A stretch of DNA of 63,976 nt, the filler included, from Craspedostauros australis (taxonomy: Eukaryota), in assembly GCA_030167865.1 (NCBI GenBank). It is 12 parts of 12 records of this genome, joined end to end, with 100 filler letters (N's around TTAATTAATTAA, not from the genome) between each part and the next. Parts side by side here need not be neighbours in the genome. Positions count along the whole stretch, not along the records: positions 58,915 to 62,722 come from JALAGF010001119.1; positions 62,823 to 63,976 come from JALAGF010001142.1; 10 more parts are not named here. One strand, 5' to 3'. The notes below the pieces were generated by a model, which saw nothing but the letters and a program-made list of their open reading frames with translations, did no database searches and had not been told where the DNA came from. The translations under genes and the position numbers were made by a program. Positions 59,706 to 63,976 of this stretch are shown piece by piece. The stretch's first letter is position 1; every line of letters begins with the position of its first letter.

Positions 59706-60448
59706 AACGCCGTGATCGGTGGTGGCATCGCCGGTCTCTCCTTGGCGCATGCTTCCGAGAACAACAACAACATCAGCAATAACGACAACAGCGACACCAA
59801 TGACAACAACGTCGCTTGGAAGGCATCATCCGAGGCCAAACGCATCCAGCAACAGATGCGACAGCAGATCGATGGTGCCATGATCCGCACGCACATCACA
59901 AGGCCATCACCGATCGACTCATCGACAATGCCGATCGTTTCTTCGAGTTGGGGATCTACTTCCACAAACCCTTTGCGCGATGGACCAAGGCGATGATAGC
60001 CACCACCGGAAATCGCAACTGTGACTGCAATGGAAGCACTGGCGCAGACAAGGTCGCCGTCCTGATTGCCTGCGGTGATGCGGCGCACGCCATGCCCCCG
60101 TTCCTTGGACAGGGCACCAATCAGGCCATCCAAGATGCCTACTGTCTGGCCAACGCCATTCAGCAGTACACCATGCAGTACGATGGACAAGCCAATGGTG
60201 GCAACAGCCTCAAAAATATCCTGAAGACAGAATACAAGGACAAGCGATGGCCTACCACCACGAGCATCATGGACATCACAGGTGCCACGGCCAAGGCTGG
60301 GCTGCTGGGGTACCTGGAGGCCTCGCCGGGGCCGTTGACCAAGTTCCGGGATGTGTCTTTCTTCGTCATCGACAAGACGGGGCGTTGCGAAGAAGATCTT
60401 TCTGGATGCTGCCATTCCGAGGATATGAGAATGTGTAGAGCAATGTAA
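59706..60448 (+). pseudogene. FAD-dependent monooxygenase pseudogene (internal deletion and frameshift)
   Basis: VIGGGIAGLSLAHA and, in another frame, GDAAHAMPPFLGQGTNQAIQDAYCLA, only ~350 nt apart. The central DG motif region is absent. Confidence 0.8.
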
Positions 60449-60857
60449 AATCGTGATGTGATGCAGATAGGTTCTGTGGACAGCTTTCGCTTGCTGTTGA
60501 TGGACCAGCCATACTCATACAATCTAGACATTCCATTCTACTCGCCAATTACCGCACGCAATCACAATCACCCAACCATCACCCTTGTTTCTGTGCCACG
60601 AACACGAGTACACATGCATCGAGTACGCCCATGCTCGACCAACGCATTACAAGTAATCGGAAGAAGGCTGCACAGTATCCTATTGTGCGCGTGACATCGA
60701 ACGTACCCGTACTATCTCAATCATTGGTGCACTCCACCTTTCCTTGCAAACTGTCAAGCGGAACCTTCGTCGCTTTGACGAGTATGGCCAGTCCGCTGTC
60801 ACTTCCGATGCTCTGGCAGAAGCGCTTTGATCTATTCCAGGCAGCATCTCGTCTTTG

Positions 60858-62231
60858 CTAGTTCTTCTCGTGGGCAGTGGAATCTGTCTCAAGTTGGACG
60901 AGCCGATCCGCTCTCTTGTCGTCCCATGCCCGCTTCAACATCTCACTGCCCTGCAACAGAAGATGGAAAGTCTCGTTCGTGGGATTGGATGTACCCAATA
61001 TGTTCCAATGTCTGCTTGTCCTAATCAGCATCTCCCCAAACAATGTCAGTGGCCGCGACCATGTTGGAAGGGAACACAGCATCGCTTTCGCCGTGTTGCG
61101 ATAGTTCCGCCACAAGATACGTGTAACAAGTGCGTTGTACACACGGGCGTGTTCGTTGGGCAGGCGCAGAGAAATGGAGAGATAGGTGAGTTGGGTAGTC
61201 TGCTCCAAGGCTTGCTGAAATGCTTTCATTTGTGCTGAGAGGGTCTCAGGCGGAAGCTCAAACATGCCAAGATCCCAGAACTCCCAGTATGTGAGAGATG
61301 ACAAGCTCTTGTTTCCCAGAAGCGATATCAAAATGTCGAACCATGCACCCCGTTCTTGTCGCGATAACGCGTTCCAAAGATTGGAAATCGTGAGCTTCTT
61401 CAGGTGCGATGAATCTGAAAGAAGTTGGATGATCTGCTCGATTTCTTGTCGTGAGTAGATTCGTTGGAACATAGAGAGCCACGACCAATCGATTTTGAGC
61501 TGGTTGATGCGCTTGTTTGACTGGAATAGCTTTGCCAAGCTATCACAAGTGATACGGGTGGATACGAAGGATACTTCGGTGATGCTGCAATTGTTTGGAG
61601 ACAGCCATCGGCACAAATCGGTACCCCCATTGGCGAGCTTGCAGTCATTTAGCACAACATGTTTCGAGTTTTGTGAGATGTTGAACATGAGCTTGTCGCA
61701 ATCAACAAGATCACAATGCCACAAATCCACACGACGTGCCACAAGAGGGATATCGTGGAGCTGCTTCATCTCCACGAAGGACTTATTCAATTGGATGCCT
61801 TCGTGGGATGAAGATTTGGGTGGGTGTTCGGCAGCCAATCGAATTACGAAGCGAATCGCTTGCTTGTCTTCTTCTCCGAATTGGTCAATGGTGCCGAATT
61901 CCAGAAACGGGTCTAGAATGCGCATCCGCCCGCAGCACTGGTGAGACAAACAAGTCAGTAGAACATGAGGTGATAAAGCAACGTTCTTGTTCCACTGCAT
62001 CGACTCCAGGTCGTCATAAGTGTATCCTGCTTCGACGGCCATGTCCCAGTGTTCCATCCGCTTGGGTGTGACACTGTAGCAGTCAATCTGCTCTGCTCGT
62101 GGGTACCACGGTGTGAACACGGTCTTCGGTGGCAGCTCTTTTCCATGGAGTTGCTTCCAGAAAGTCTTGAAGTCTGGGTCATGATCGCTGTTGGTATTGG
62201 CGTTCGCGACATCATCCATGTTGCGGTTCAT
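60858..62231 (-). CDS. RNI-like/leucine-rich-repeat-like hypothetical protein, 457 aa
   Basis: Recurrent N.S[IL]..L.[IL] units (NCSITEVSF, NKRINQLKI, SSHLKKLTI, NKSLSSLTY, TTQLTYLSI). Confidence 0.7.
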   Translation of the reverse strand: MNRNMDDVANANTNSDHDPDFKTFWKQLHGKELPPKTVFTPWYPRAEQIDCYSVTPKRMEHWDMAVEAGYTYDDLESMQWNKNVALSPHVLLTCLSHQCCGRMRILDPFLEFGTIDQFGEEDKQAIRFVIRLAAEHPPKSSSHEGIQLNKSFVEMKQLHDIPLVARRVDLWHCDLVDCDKLMFNISQNSKHVVLNDCKLANGGTDLCRWLSPNNCSITEVSFVSTRITCDSLAKLFQSNKRINQLKIDWSWLSMFQRIYSRQEIEQIIQLLSDSSHLKKLTISNLWNALSRQERGAWFDILISLLGNKSLSSLTYWEFWDLGMFELPPETLSAQMKAFQQALEQTTQLTYLSISLRLPNEHARVYNALVTRILWRNYRNTAKAMLCSLPTWSRPLTLFGEMLIRTSRHWNILGTSNPTNETFHLLLQGSEMLKRAWDDKRADRLVQLETDSTAHEKN

Positions 62232-62822
62232 CCTTTTCTTGTTGTCGCTGTCGTCACTGTTGTTGCTTCGGTTACGGCTGATGCCGATTGTTGCTGATTA
62301 TTGTTGATTGTTGCTGATTGCTGCTGTTGGCGATACAATCATGCGAGTAGAGCTGGTAGAGCAGGCAGAGTATGTAGTCCCAAATTAGTTGCTCTCTTCC
62401 ATTTCATGATCCTGTGCATTCATCACGAAGCAACGTGCCGTCAGTCAACACGCCTGCATGGACTTGCGCAGTTCCACCATGGTGTATGGTATGGTATGGT
62501 ATGGCATGGAACGACCGTGGACAGCCACATCATGATCTGAAGCTGGCTAGCTCGCTCGCTCGCTCGCACGATACGACGTTCGATCGCGCCCAACTTGGCC
62601 ACGCTGTGCAGTTGTGCCTCTTCATGTGATACCATAGTTCGTGTAATATGAATAGACACATCCCTCTGTGATGGTCTTGGGGGAGTCAACCAGTATGCCA
62701 TACGAATGCATACTATGTACTTNNNNNNNNNNNNNNNNNNNNNNNNNNNNNNNNNNNNNNNNNNNNTTAATTAATTAANNNNNNNNNNNNNNNNNNNNNN
62801 NNNNNNNNNNNNNNNNNNNNNN

Positions 62823-63976
62823 TGCTGTCTCCGTCCACGTTGCACCCCTGAGGTACTTGCATGAAGATGTCGCATTCCACATCCGCTTGCGGGAACGCCA
62901 GAACGAAGTCGATTTGGCGAGTGTGCCAGCGCCGTTGGACGGCCATAGTGAGGAATGTCCGAATGGTGGACCATTGCACGACTGGAGCGAATGTTTCCCA
63001 GTAGTTGACACCATATTGTTGCTCTCCTCCATGCACGCATAGCCGTGCTTTCCACTTGTAGATCTCGCCGGTTGCGAGTCTGCGTTTGCGTTTGAATGAC
63101 CAGACGGCTTTCAGGATCTTGTGCCCTTTTGGCACTTGATTGCGTTGCACGACCTCCCAATGCTGTCTGGACTGGTGGTCTTCAATCTCTTTGTGCATTG
63201 CCTCGATGAATTTGTCGCGGTCGTTCTGCTTCTGCATCTGCCCCCAGTACATGGTGTCATCGTCAGCGAGCGTTGCTGCGAATGACATGGGGTGCAGATC
63301 ACCAGAGTTCATGTTGAGGATGTTGGATGCATGGAAGGATCGAGCTGTGTGCGTGTGGTATGATTGGAGTTGGAGTGTAAGCTGGTTGGTGTCTGCACGT
63401 TCTGTTGCGGATGGAGCGGATCGTGATGCGTTCTGCGTGGCGATGGCGCGTGTAGGCGTAGCTCCCTCTGAAGGCGAGCTTGCTGACTGTCTCGGAAGAC
63501 GTTGCCTCGGAAGGCTGTGCCCCGGAAGGCTGGACCTCGGAAGGTTGTGCCTCGGAAGGCTGTGCAACTCGCGCTGCATGTCAAGCTGGAATGGCTTGGC
63601 GTCAGGTGCAGCGTTTGTGGTCCCTGGAGGACGCGTGCTTGCGGAAAGCTGGTGCTGAACAGCATGTGTGATGCGTTCGGAGCGCATCTGTTGCGAGGGC
63701 TTGGCTGGTTCATCAATGTGCGTGAGACGTTGCCACTGTGATGCGCCAGGACGCATTAGCGGGTTGGTCTTGACTGTTTGGAACCTGTCGTCGAAGTTCA
63801 GATGGAACTGTGGCGAAATGTACCCTGTGTCGATCTTGAGAACGATAGGTACGCTGCTCGCATGTTCAGCTGACATGCCAAGGAAGATGGCGATGTTGGC
63901 GCGGCTGCTCCATTTGGGAACCTGAGATCCCTGTTGGAGTGCGGCCTTGAGGATGTATACAGGGCATCCAAATGTG
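62823..63976 (-). mobile_element. CoDi-like Ty1/Copia pol fragment (integrase C-terminus to N-terminal reverse transcriptase)
   Basis: IFLGMS.EHASSV...TGYISPQFH..FDDRF; RT AVWSFKRKR...KWKARLCVHGG..YWETFAPVVQW..QIDFVLAFPQA. Confidence 0.95.

Noticed and set aside
62625..62722. LTR end of the adjacent Copia element, and a possible PBS (TGGTTCC) at ~59453-59462 on the minus strand
   Set aside because: There is no second LTR copy or TSD in the window, and the matches are too short to support.

Overview
This is eukaryotic nuclear DNA, most likely from a pennate diatom, based on GT-AG introns, ASAFAP-type plastid presequences and CoDi-like Copia elements. The species cannot be determined. The window is 12 contigs joined by artificial 100-nt N44-TTAATTAATTAA-N44 spacers, so adjacency across those spacers is not evidence of linkage. 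Three gene-rich contigs (1-10839, 18891-47115, 58915-62722) carry PCNA, two sulfotransferases, DUF389, EamA and MFS membrane proteins, an IBB/ARM protein, an atypical tail-anchored Hsp70, a likely GPI-anchored Cys-rich protein, several hypothetical proteins and pseudogenes. The short contigs are mostly transposon fragments. The most interesting signals are: (1) a piggyBac-like family seen three times, including one complete 700-bp non-autonomous copy, that appears to duplicate AT within a YTATAR target rather than TTAA; (2) a decayed multi-ORF tyrosine-recombinase element whose in-frame stops are mostly TGA, consistent with CGA>TGA CpG decay; (3) a Copia element whose gag carries a ~360-aa extension and is separated from the in-frame protease by a single TAA. 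No rRNA, tRNA or CRISPR features are supported.
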